Assembly (NCBI GenBank): GCA_963768885.1
Contig: CAVYJN010000006.1
Location: forward strand, 757,785-821,784
Direction of reading: 5' to 3'
DNA: 64,000 nucleotides
DNA from: an uncultured Solirubrobacterales bacterium
GTDB lineage: Bacteria; Actinomycetota; Thermoleophilia; Solirubrobacterales; JBBDJG01
A program made the translations under genes and the position numbers. Positions 30,045-39,990 of the stretch are shown piece by piece. Under the pieces are notes generated by a model. It had not been told where the DNA came from and did no database searches. It saw only the letters and a program-made list of their open reading frames with translations. Every line of letters begins with the position of its first letter. Within the stretch, counting starts at the first letter, position 1.

Positions 30045-30817
30045 GCTCCCGCCGGCGGCTAGAGGTTTGCGCGGAGGCAGGACTCCCACCCGCCTTGAGT
30101 GCCAGATTACTATGGACTTCGCCGGGATGCGACAGGGCTTTTCGCCCGGCTGTCCGCGCGAAGCGTCCGGCCGACATCCAGGCACGTCGAGCGTCAGGGC
30201 ACGAAGAGGCCCTGACGCAGGTAGGGCGAGTTGTCCGGCGTGGAGGCCTGCCCGTCTGGCCCTCCGTCCGAGACTCGCACGTCGGCCATCTGCCAGATCG
30301 AGCGCTTGCTCTCGGTCACCGTGCCGGGCAGGATCGCGTCCGCCGTGGTGGTCACCGCGCACGTCGAGCCGATGTTCGTGCTCCCCGATGTCCCGCTGCA
30401 CGGGATCGCAAACGTGAACGGCAGGTCCGAGACCGTCGCGATCTCGTTCTGCCCCGGTCCGTTGCCCCGGTCCGTGATCCGCAGGACGACCGCCCCCTGG
30501 AGCTCGCCGAGGTAGTCCTGGTTGTTGGAGCGCAGGCGCACGTCGGTGATGCTGGTCCTGATCTCGACATCCGCTTCGTCAGCCGGCGTGCCGGGGTCGC
30601 CCACCAGGACCTTGAAGGTGAGGTTGGCGGCCATGTTCGCGGCCAGGCCATTCGCGTCGGGCGTGCCGACGGTGAGATACGGCGATGACAGCGAATGCGG
30701 GTTGCACGAAGGGGAGGCGAGGGGCGGTCCGTGCGTGCGGTTGGGAGAGGTGCACTCGTCGTACGCCGGCACGAAGGCGACCTTCAGGGGCGTGCCGCTG
30801 CGCGGACGGGGGTAGCC

Positions 30818-33800
30818 GCGCTGGTTGACAAAGGTGCACGTCACGGACTCCGCGGCGGCGACGCTCACATTCGAGACCGGGCTGCCGTTCGAGCATGCCG
30901 CGCTGATCTGCACCCAGCCGAGCGGCAGCGCCTGCGACACCGAGTAGCCGGAGCGCGGCGACAGCCCTCCGAACGTGCGGGTGTTCGAGAGCGTCGCGTT
31001 CGCGTCGTCGTCGAGCGAGAAGCTCGCCGGGCTGAGTCCGCCGCCCGCGGTGAAGCTGAAGTCCTGCGGGTCGTCTGGCTGAGAGTCCTGGACGACGGTG
31101 ATGCTTCCCTGCTTCTCGTGCCTGAAGGTGCAGGTGACCGTCTCGGCGGCCGCGACCGCGATGTCGGAGACGGGACTGCCGTCGTCGCACGTGGCCGATG
31201 CGAGGTCCCAGCCGGCCGGCGGTGTCTGCGACAGCGAGTAGCCCGAGCCCGGCACCACGTCGTCGAGCGTGCGCGAGTTGCCGAGGGTGCCGTCGGAGTC
31301 GTCGTCGAGCGAGAAGCTCGCCGGGCTGAGGCCCCCGCCCGCGGTGAAGGCGAAGTCCTGCGGGTCGTCGGGCACGGAGTCCTCGACGACTATCACCCGG
31401 CCGCGTCTCTCGTTCGTGACCGTGCACGTGACGGCCTCGCCCGCCGCGACGCTCACGTTGGAGATCGGGCTGCCGTCGTCACACGTCGTACTTGCCTGGT
31501 TCCAGCCCGGGGGCAACGGCCCTTGCGAGAACGAGTAGCCGGAGCCCGGCAGGACGTTGGCGAACGTGCGTGTGTTGGAGAGGGTCGCGTTCGCGTCGTC
31601 GTCGAGCGAGAAGCTCGCCGGCGACAGCCCGCCGCCCGCGCTGAAGGCGAAGTCCTGGGGGTCGTCGGGCACGGCGTTGAGCACCAGCGCGACCTGGCCC
31701 CGCTTGCGGTTGGTGAAGGTGCAGGTCACCTGCTCGCCCGCCGACAGCCCGATGCTCGCGACCGCGCTGCCGTCGTCACAGCTCGCCCCGGTCTGGTCCC
31801 AGCCGGCCGGCAGCGCCTGCGACAGCGAATAGCCCGAGCCCGGCACCACGCCCGCGAACGTGCGCGTGTTGGAGAGCGTCGCGTTGGCGTCGTCGTCGAG
31901 CGAGAAGCTCGCCGGGCGAGAGCCCGCCGCCCGCGGTGAACGCGAAGTCCTGGGGGTCGTCGGGCTGGGAGTCCTCGACCACGACCAGGGTCGCGCGCTT
32001 GCGGTTGGAGAACGTGCAGGTGACGGTCTCCCCGGCCGAGACGCTCACGTTCGCGACCGGGCTCGCGTCGTCGCAGCTCGCGCCGGTCTGGTCCCAGCCG
32101 GCGGGCAGCGCCTGCGCCAGCGAATAGCCCGAGCCCGGCGCGACGTCGTTGAAGGTGCGCGTGTTGGCGAGCGTCGCGTCGGCGTCGTCGTCGAGCGAGA
32201 AGCTCGCCGGGCTGAGGCCCCCGCCCGCGGTGAAGGCGAAGTCCTGGGCGTCGTCGGGGGTCGCGTCCATCACGACCACGACCCGCCCGCGCTTGCGGTT
32301 GGAGAAGGTGCAGGTGACCGCCTCCCCGGGCGCCACGCTCATGTTCGCCACAGGGCTGCCGTCGTCACACGTGGCGGCGGTCTGGTCCCAGCCGGCCGGC
32401 AGCGCCTCCGACAGCGAGTAGCCCGAGCCGGGCGCGAGGTTCGAGAAGGTGCGCGTGTTGGAGAGCGTCGCGTTGGCGTCGTCGTCGAGCGAGAAGCTCG
32501 CCGGGCGAGAGGCCCCCGCCCGCGGTGAAGGCGAAGTCCTGGGCGTCGTCGGGAGTCGCGTCCTTCACGAGCGTGATCGAGCCCCGCTTGTTGTTGGTGA
32601 GCGTGCACGTCACGTTCTCGCCGGCGGACACGCTGATGTTCGACAGCGGGCTGCCGTCGTCGCAGCTCGCGCTGGCCTGGTCCCAGCCGGCGGGCAGCGC
32701 GCCCTGCGCGAGCGAGTAGCCCGAGCCGACCGCCACGTTCGCGAAGGTGCGCGTGTTCGAGAGCGCGAGGTCGAGGTCGTCGTCGAGCGAGAAGCTCGCC
32801 GGCGACAGCCCGCCGCCCGCGCTGAAGGCGAAGTCCTGGGGGTCGTCGGGCACGGCGTTGAGCACCAGCGCGACCTGGCCCCGCTTGCGGTTGGTGAAGG
32901 TGCAGGTCACCTGCTCGCCCGCCGCCAGCCCGATGCTCGCGACCGCGCTGCCGTCGTCACAGCTCGCCCCGGTCTGGTCCCAGCCGGCCGGCAGCGCCTG
33001 CGACAGCGAATAGCCCGAGCCCGGCACCACGCCCGCGAACGTGCGCGTGTTGGAGAGCGTCGCGTTGGCGTCGTCGTCGAGCGAGAAGCTCGCCGGGCGA
33101 GAGCCCGCCGCCCGCGGTGAACGCGAAGTCCTGGGGGTCGTCGGGCTGGGAGTCCTCGACCACGACCAGGGTCGCGCGCTTGCGGTTGGAGAACGTGCAG
33201 GTGACGGTCTCCCCGGCCGAGACGCTCACGTTCGCGACCGGGCTCGCGTCGTCGCAGCTCGCGCCGGTCTGGTCCCAGCCGGCGGGCAGCGCCTGCGCCA
33301 GCGAATAGCCCGAGCCCGGCGCGACGTCGTTGAAGGTGCGCGTGTTGGCGAGCGTCGCGTCGGCGTCGTCGTCGAGCGAGAAGCTCGCCGGGCTGAGGCC
33401 CCCGCCCGCGGTGAAGGCGAAGTCCTGGGCGTCGTCGGGGGTCGCGTCCATCACGACCACGACCCGCCCGCGCTTGCGGTTGGAGAAGGTGCAGGTGACC
33501 GCCTCCCCGGGCGACACACTGATGTTCGCCACCGGGCTGGCGTCGTCACACGTGGCGGCGGTCTGGTCCCAGCCGGCCGGCAGCGCCTCCGAGAGCGAGT
33601 AGCCCGAGCCGGGCGCGAGGTTCGAGAAGGTGCGCGTGTTGGAGAGCGTCGCGTTGGCGTCGTCGTCGAGCGAGAAGCTCGCCGGGCGAGAGGCCGCCGC
33701 CCGCGGTGAAGGCGAAGTCCTGGGGGTCGTCGGGAGTCGCGTCCTTCACGAGCGTGATCGAGCCCCGCTTGTTGTTGGTGACGCGTGCACGTCACGTTCT

Positions 33801-36417
33801 CGCCGGCGGACACGCTGATGTTCGACAGCGGGCTGCCGTCGTCGCAGCTCGCGCTGGCCTGGTCCCAGCCGGCGGGCAGCGCGCCCTGCGCGAGCGAGTA
33901 GCCCGAGCCGACCGCCACGTTCGCGAAGGTGCGCGTGTTCGAGAGCGCGAGGTCGAGGTCGTCGTCGAGCGAGAAGCTCGCCGGCGACAGCCCGCCGCCC
34001 GCGCTGAAGGCGAAGTCCTGGGCGTCGTCGGGCACGGCGTTGAGCACCAGCGCGACCTGGCCCCGCTTGCGGTTGGTGAAGGTGCAGGTCACCTGCTCGC
34101 CCGCCGCCAGCCCGATGCTCGCGACCGCGCTGCCGTCGTCACAGCTCGCCCCGGTCTGGTCCCAGCCGGCCGGCAGCGCCTGCGACAGCGAATAGCCCGA
34201 GCCCGGCACCACGCCCGCGAACGTGCGCGTGTTGGAGAGCGTCGCGTTGGCGTCGTCGTCGAGCGAGAAGCTCGCCGGGCGAGAGCCCGCCGCCCGCGGT
34301 GAACGCGAAGTCCTGGGGGTCGTCGGGCTGGGAGTCCTCGACCACGACCAGGGTCGCGCGCTTGCGGTTGGAGAACGTGCAGGTGACGGTCTCCCCGGCC
34401 GAGACGCTCACGTTCGCGACCGGGCTCGCGTCGTCGCAGCTCGCGCCGGTCTGGTCCCAGCCGGCGGGCAGCGCCTGCGCCAGCGAATAGCCCGAGCCCG
34501 GCGCGACGTCGTTGAAGGTGCGCGTGTTGGCGAGCGTCGCGTCGGCGTCGTCGTCGAGCGAGAAGCTCGCCGGGCTGAGGCCCCCGCCCGCGGTGAAGGC
34601 GAAGTCCTGGGCGTCGTCGGGGGTCGCGTCCATCACGACCACGACCCGCCCGCGCTTGCGGTTGGAGAAGGTGCAGGTGACCGCCTCCCCGGGCGACACA
34701 CTGATGTTCGCCACCGGGCTGGCGTCGTCACACGTGGCGGCGGTCTGGTCCCAGCCGGCCGGCAGCGCCTCCGAGAGCGAGTAGCCCGAGCCGGGCGCGA
34801 GGTTCGAGAAGGTGCGCGTGTTGGAGAGCGTCGCGTTGGCGTCGTCGTCGAGCGAGAAGCTCGCCGGCGAGAGGCCGCCGCCCGCGGTGAAGGCGAAGTC
34901 CTGGGGGTCGTCGGGAGTCGCGTCCTTCACGAGCGTGATCGAGCCCCGCTTGTTGTTGGTGACGCGTGCACGTCACGTTCTCGCCGGCGGACACGCTGAT
35001 GTTCGACAGCGGGCTGCCGTCGTCGCAGCTCGCGCTGGCCTGGTCCCAGCCGGCGGGCAGCGCGCCCTGCGCGAGCGAGTAGCCCGAGCCGACCGCCACG
35101 TTCGCGAAGGTGCGCGTGTTCGAGAGCGCGAGGTCGAGGTCGTCGTCGAGCGAGAAGCTCGCCGGCGACAGCCCGCCGCCCGCGCTGAAGGCGAAGTCCT
35201 GGGGGTCGTCGGGCACGGCGTTGAGCACCAGCGCGACCTGGCCCCGCTTGCGGTTGGTGAAGGTGCAGGTCACCTGCTCGCCCGCCGCCAGCCCGATGCT
35301 CGCGACCGCGCTGCCGTCGTCACAGCTCGCCCCGGTCTGGTCCCAGCCGGCCGGCAGCGCCTGCGACAGCGAGTAGCCCGAGCCCGGCACCACGCCCGCG
35401 AACGTGCGCGTGTTGGAGAGCGTCGCGTTGGCGTCGTCGTCGAGCGAGAAGCTCGCCGGGCGAGAGCCCGCCGCCCGCGGTGAACGCGAAGTCCTGGGGG
35501 TCGTCGGGCTGGGAGTCCTCGACCACGACCAGGGTCGCGCGCTTGCGGTTGGAGAACGTGCAGGTGACGGTCTCCCCGGCCGAGACGCTCACGTTCGCGA
35601 CAGGGCTCGCGTCGTCGCAGGTCGCGCCGGTCTGGTCCCAGCCGGCGGGCAGCGCCTGCGCCAGCGAATAGCCCGAGCCCGGCGCGACGTCGTTGAAGGT
35701 GCGCGTGTTGGCGAGCGTCGCGTCGGCGTCGTCGTCGAGCGAGAAGCTCGCCGGGCTGAGGCCCCCGCCCGCGGTGAAGGCGAAGTCCTGGGCGTCGTCG
35801 GGGGTCGCGTCCATCACGACCACGACCCGCCCGCGCTTGCGGTTGGAGAAGGTGCAGGTGACCGCCTCCCCGGGCGACACACTGATGTTCGCCACCGGGC
35901 TGGCGTCGTCACACGTCGCGGCGGTCTGGTCCCAGCCGGCCGGCAGCGCCTCCGAGAGCGAGTAGCCCGAGCCGGGCGCGAGGTTCGAGAAGGTGCGCGT
36001 GTTGGAGAGCGTCGCGTTGGCGTCGTCGTCGAGCGAGAAGCTCGCCGGCGAGAGGCCGCCGCCCGCGGTGAAGGCGAAGTCCTGGGCGTCGTCGGGAGTC
36101 GCGTCCTTCACGAGCGTGATCGAGCCCCGCTTGTTGTTGGTGACCGTGCACGTCACGTTCTCGCCGGCGGACACGCTGATGTTCGACAGCGGGCTGCCGT
36201 CGTCGCAGCTCGCGCTGGCCTGGTCCCAGCCGGCGGGCAGCGCGCCCTGCGCGAGCGAGTAGCCCGAGCCGACCGCCACGTTCGCGAAGGTGCGCGTGTT
36301 CGAGAGCGCGAGGTCGAGGTCGTCGTCGAGCGAGAAGCTCGCCGGCGACAGCCCGCCGCCCGCGCTGAAGGCGAAGTCCTGGGGGTCGTCGGGCACGGCG
36401 TTGAGCTGCACCGTGAC
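30818..36417. repeat. Coding tandem array of 19 units of ~294-297 bp (~98 aa each) inside the giant gene
   Basis: The protein modules are listed in the findings. The same periodicity appears in mirrored antisense ORFs in the track. Confidence 0.85.
31595..36405. repeat. Higher-order repeat: ~4.07 copies of a 1,181-1,182-bp unit (four modules, A-B-C-D), near-identical between copies
   Basis: Identical antisense ORFs recur at 31860/33041/34223/35404 and at 32449/33630/34812/35993 (spacing 1181, 1182, 1181). Direct comparison of 31621ff with 32802ff shows matching sequence. Confidence 0.85.
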
Positions 36418-36427
36418 GGTGCCGGCG

Positions 36428-38837
36428 GGCACCGGCTGCCAGGCCGGCTGAGCGTCCATCACGGTGTTGTTGGTGATCCGCGTCTGGCTCGTTCCGTCGG
36501 GATTCATGACGTAGACCTCGGCGCTGGTGAACGCGCCGCGCACGAACGCGATCTTGTCGCCCGCCGGCGACCACGACGGCCGCTCGTCCACGACGGCGCC
36601 GTTGTTGGTGAGGTTGGCCGGCGCGCTGCCGTTCGAGTTCATCTTCCAGATCTCGTCACTGGAGCCATAGCCGCTGTGGAACACGATCTGGTTGCCGTCC
36701 GGCGACCAGTCGGGCTCGACGTCGACCGCCGGGGTCGCGGTCAGCGCGGCGGGCGACGTCCCGTCCGCGTTCGCGGTGTAGATGTCGCCGTCGCGCGAGA
36801 AGGCGAGCTTCGTGCCGCCGGGCGACCAGCTCGGGTAGTCCTCGTTGACCCCCGGCGTGTTCGTGATGTTCAGCTCGGCCGAGCCGTCCGCGTTCATCAC
36901 GAACAGGTCGGAGGTGCCCTGGGCGTCGTCGCGATCGCTCGCGAACACGATCTTCGCCCCGCTCGGGGCCCAGGCCGGGTGGTAGTCCCCGGCGGCGTCC
37001 TGCGTGAGCTGGGTGGCGTTGGACCCGTCGGCGTTGGCGACCCAGACGTCGGGCCGCAGGCCGGGGTTGCGCTCGAACACGATCTTCGTGCCGTCCTTCG
37101 ACCACGACGGAAAGAGCTCGTCCCCGTCGAAGCTGGTGATGCGCGTCTGGGCGGCGCCGTCGCCCGCCATCGTGTAGAGGTCGGAGTCCGCGGGAAAGCC
37201 GTCGCGCGCGCTCGAGAAGGCGAGCTTCCCGTTGGTCCCGGGGAACGCCGCCTGGACCGCGGCGGGCGCCAGCGCGCACGCCGCCAGCACGACGGCGGCG
37301 ACCATGATCGTGCGCGTTGCCCTGGCCACGGTCACGTGCCTAGCGCGTCCGGCAGGGACGCTTCTGCTTCCAGCCTGCCTGCTCGCAGACAGCGGGTCGC
37401 GAGCTGCCCTGCACCCGCACGATCTCGGTCTCGTCGGTGGCCTTCCCGTCGTCGTCGGACACGCGCACCGTGACGGTCACCTGCTCGGGCGCGGTGAACG
37501 ACTTCGAGGTGGTCGGGTCCGCCCCGGTGTCGCGCTCGAACGTGCCGTCGCCGTTGAGGTCCCACTGGTAGCGCGTGACGGAGCCGTCGGGGTCGGAGGA
37601 CGCCGAGGCGTCGAAGGCGACCGTGTCGCCCACGGACGCCGTGCGGGTCGAGGCCGTGAGGGCCGCGGAGGGGCCGCCCGCCTGCTGGTTGGAGAACTCG
37701 ATCGGGATCCGCAGCATGTCGCGGTCGAGCGTCCCGGCGCAGCCGCTGAGGTGCTGCACCGTGTAGAAGAGGTATGCGCTCTGACCGACGGTCTCGAAGT
37801 TGCGGGACGTGCTGTTGGGGTCGATCAGCGACGGGTCACGGATCGGGTCCGGCGGCACGCAGTCCTTCGTCCAGGTCAGCTCGGCCGCCATCAGGAGCTC
37901 TACGTTCGTCCAGTTCACGAGGTCGTCGGAGAGGGCGTAGTAGAAGCCCGGCGGCCGGCCGTATTGCGCGCCGCCCACCGAGGACCCGACCAGCATCCAC
38001 TTGCGCAGGTAGGTGTTGTAGGTGAGGCTCTCGGTGATCGTCCCGATGTGGAGGAAGTCCACCGGCGCGCAGACGTGCTGGGAGGGGTCCAGGGTCGCGA
38101 GGTAGGGGTTGCGGAACTGCGTGTTGAACCCGGTCCCGTTCCAGGCCCGCCACGAGGTGGGGTCGGCCAGGTTGCGGGTCCGCATCAGGCAGGTGCCGAG
38201 CTGCTGGAACCCCTTGTCCTCGGCTCTGATGAACGCGTAGAAGTAGCCGTCGCCCGAGCGCACGATGTTGCTCGGCGTGAAGTATCCGTTCGGGCCGTCC
38301 TTCGCGTATTGGTAGGGGAGCGCGGCGACCAGGTGCGACGGCGCGGCGGCCTGCGTGAAGGTCGCGCCCGAGTTGCTCGAGTAGGCGCTCGTGATCGCGT
38401 TGAACCAGCACTGGTAGCGCTCGGCCTGGGACTCGCCCGAGCGAATGCAGTTGCCGCCCGTGAAGAGGTGGCCCTGGTACTCGTTGTGGACGAGCGCGTA
38501 GACGTTCTTGCCGTCCGGCGTCCAGGGCGAGGCGAGCCACTCCTTGGCGTCGTACTTGGCGGGGTCCGAGTTGTTGGACGACGACATCGTCTTCGTGCAC
38601 GGGTGGGTGAGCGTCTCGAGGGTGTTCCCGATGAACCGGTAGTTGACGAAGTGCGTCGCCATCAGCTGCACCTTGCCGCTGTCGTCGCGGAACGCGCGGG
38701 CGGATTCGTCGGAGATGTCGTTGTCCTCGCAGCGCTGGGCGCTCCAGTCGTAGACCATCACCTCCGGCGCGGTCTGCCGCACGAAGGGCTCGTTGAACTG
38801 GAAGGCGCCGGCGGCGGCCGGCTGCAGGAGGGCGGCG
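36428..38837. repeat. Segmental duplication, copy 2
   Basis: See copy 1. Confidence 0.85.
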
Positions 38838-38893
38838 AGCGTTGCGAACGAGGCCAGGAGCAGCCCGCGCCACGCCCAGCCCTTAGTCCCCAT
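37340..38893 (-). CDS. Secreted protein: unassigned ~390-aa domain plus a C-terminal PKD domain (copy 2)
   Basis: Start at the ATG at 38893 (MGTKGWAWRGLLLASFATLAALLQPAAAGA). From LLQPAAAGA onward it is identical to copy 1 except for one residue (P vs H). Confidence 0.75.
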   Translation of the reverse strand: MGTKGWAWRGLLLASFATLAALLQPAAAGAFQFNEPFVRQTAPEVMVYDWSAQRCEDNDISDESARAFRDDSGKVQLMATHFVNYRFIGNTLETLTHPCTKTMSSSNNSDPAKYDAKEWLASPWTPDGKNVYALVHNEYQGHLFTGGNCIRSGESQAERYQCWFNAITSAYSSNSGATFTQAAAPSHLVAALPYQYAKDGPNGYFTPSNIVRSGDGYFYAFIRAEDKGFQQLGTCLMRTRNLADPTSWRAWNGTGFNTQFRNPYLATLDPSQHVCAPVDFLHIGTITESLTYNTYLRKWMLVGSSVGGAQYGRPPGFYYALSDDLVNWTNVELLMAAELTWTKDCVPPDPIRDPSLIDPNSTSRNFETVGQSAYLFYTVQHLSGCAGTLDRDMLRIPIEFSNQQAGGPSAALTASTRTASVGDTVAFDASASSDPDGSVTRYQWDLNGDGTFERDTGADPTTSKSFTAPEQVTVTVRVSDDDGKATDETEIVRVQGSSRPAVCEQAGWKQKRPCRTR

Positions 38894-39045
38894 CGTGGCT
38901 GTGATGCTCAGAATGTCCTGGTCTCCCGGACGGATGAGTCCCCCGACGCTGCCCACCCGCTGAGCACGAGGTTACCGAGGCTGCGATCGAAAGGCAAAGC
39001 CGCACGAGCCGAGGGGAGCCGTGCCGTACCCTGAGGACCAGGCAA

Positions 39046-39990
39046 ATGACTCGAGCAGCGGGCCACACCCTGGTTGCACGGGACCGCCGGTTCGGCCTCG
39101 GCCGGATCCCGCTCGTGATGGGGATCCTCAACGCCACCCCTGACTCGTTCTCGGACGCCGGCGACCACCCGGACCTTCCGTCCAGGGTGGAGCGGGGCCT
39201 GCGCCTGCTCGCCGACGGAGCGGACCTCCTCGACGTCGGCGGGGAGTCGGGCGTCACGAACCGCCCGCCCGTCGCGGCCGCCGAGGAGGTCGATCGGGTC
39301 GTGCCCGTGGTCGAGCGCCTTGCCGCCGCCGGCGCGGCGGTCTCCGTCGACACGTACAAGCCCGCCGTCGCGCGCGCCGCCGTCGAGGCCGGCGCGGTGA
39401 TGGTCAACGACCCGAGCGGGCTGATCGACGCCGACGTCGCCGCCGTCTGCGCGGACACGGGCGCGGCGCTCGTCGTCACCCACACGCGCGCGCGCCCGAA
39501 GGAGAAGCTCCACCGCCCCCGCTACGACGACGTGGTCGACGACGTCAGGCGGCTGCTGTCCGAGCGGCTCGAGGTCGCACGCGCGGCCGGCGTCCCCGAC
39601 GACCGGCTGCTCGTGTGCCCGGGCCCGGACCTCGGCAAGGACCCGGCCCAGACGGTCGAGCTGCTGCGGCGCCTCGACGAGCTGTGGGACCTCGGCGTGC
39701 CGATCCTGCTCGCCGTCTCGCGCAAGGACTTCGTGGGCGCGCTCACCGGGCGTGCGCCGCGCGAGCGCCTCGGCGGGAGCCTCGCCGCGGTGGGACACGG
39801 GCTGGACCGGGGCGCCCGCGTGCTGCGGGTCCACGACGTGGCCGCCACCCACGACTTCGTCGCGGTGCGCGCGGCGCTGCGGGGCGACGCGCCGGTGCCC
39901 GCGGACCTGCTGCTCGCGGACGAGCTGCGGCGCGAGCCGGTCGCGGTGCAGGAGGGAGCCGCGGGGGTGGCGAAGGGAGCCGGTGGATGA
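39046..39990 (+). CDS. Dihydropteroate synthase-like (pterin-binding) protein, divergent FolP paralog type
   Basis: It carries VMGILNATPDSFSDAG, LLDVGGESG, VSVDTYKP, ILLAVSRKDF and ARVLRVHDV. However, the canonical DPGxGFxK motif reads CPGPDLGK. Confidence 0.7.
   Translation: MTRAAGHTLVARDRRFGLGRIPLVMGILNATPDSFSDAGDHPDLPSRVERGLRLLADGADLLDVGGESGVTNRPPVAAAEEVDRVVPVVERLAAAGAAVSVDTYKPAVARAAVEAGAVMVNDPSGLIDADVAAVCADTGAALVVTHTRARPKEKLHRPRYDDVVDDVRRLLSERLEVARAAGVPDDRLLVCPGPDLGKDPAQTVELLRRLDELWDLGVPILLAVSRKDFVGALTGRAPRERLGGSLAAVGHGLDRGARVLRVHDVAATHDFVAVRAALRGDAPVPADLLLADELRREPVAVQEGAAGVAKGAGG

Larger units (their letters stand above)
30194..37335 (-). pseudogene. Giant secreted repeat protein, ~2,380 aa if its 8 single-base frame breaks are ignored. 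It comprises a signal peptide, a TolB/PD40-like beta-propeller, 19 tandem ~98-aa Ig/prealbumin-like modules and a ~207-aa conserved CTD.
   Basis: Nine overlapping minus-strand ORF-track pieces (35320-37335, 34728-35393, 34139-34930, 33451-34212, 33546-33749, 32957-33532, 32365-33030, 31776-32351, 30194-31849) join colinearly. Each junction steps one frame in the same direction. The module consensus is G.v.vv.da.PDDpQDFaFtAGGGLSPASFSLDDD.natLsNTRTF..v.PGSGYSL.qaLPAGWDQt.a.CDD.SpvanisV.aGE.VTCTF.NrKR. Confidence 0.75.

Noticed and set aside
30818-36417. Regular repeat array considered as a CRISPR or satellite
   Set aside because: The period is ~295 bp / 1,181 bp with no short spacer-repeat structure. 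The whole array is one protein-coding frame on the minus strand, apart from the single-base breaks.
30695-37473. Series of repeated plus-strand ORFs (e.g. 31860, 33041, 34223, 35404-37473; 28353-30062; 37232-39034)
   Set aside because: These are mirror images of the minus-strand repeat and propeller genes. Their Arg/Glu/Gly/Val-rich translations have no motifs. I used them only to measure repeat periodicity.
39615-39986. N-terminal 124-aa extension of the metallophosphoesterase ORF (track ORF 39615-40778)
   Set aside because: The extension is an off-frame read of the folP-like gene (Arg/Ala/Pro/Gly-rich). The ATG at 39987, which overlaps the folP-like stop, gives a normal MPE N-terminus (IAHISDLHCG).
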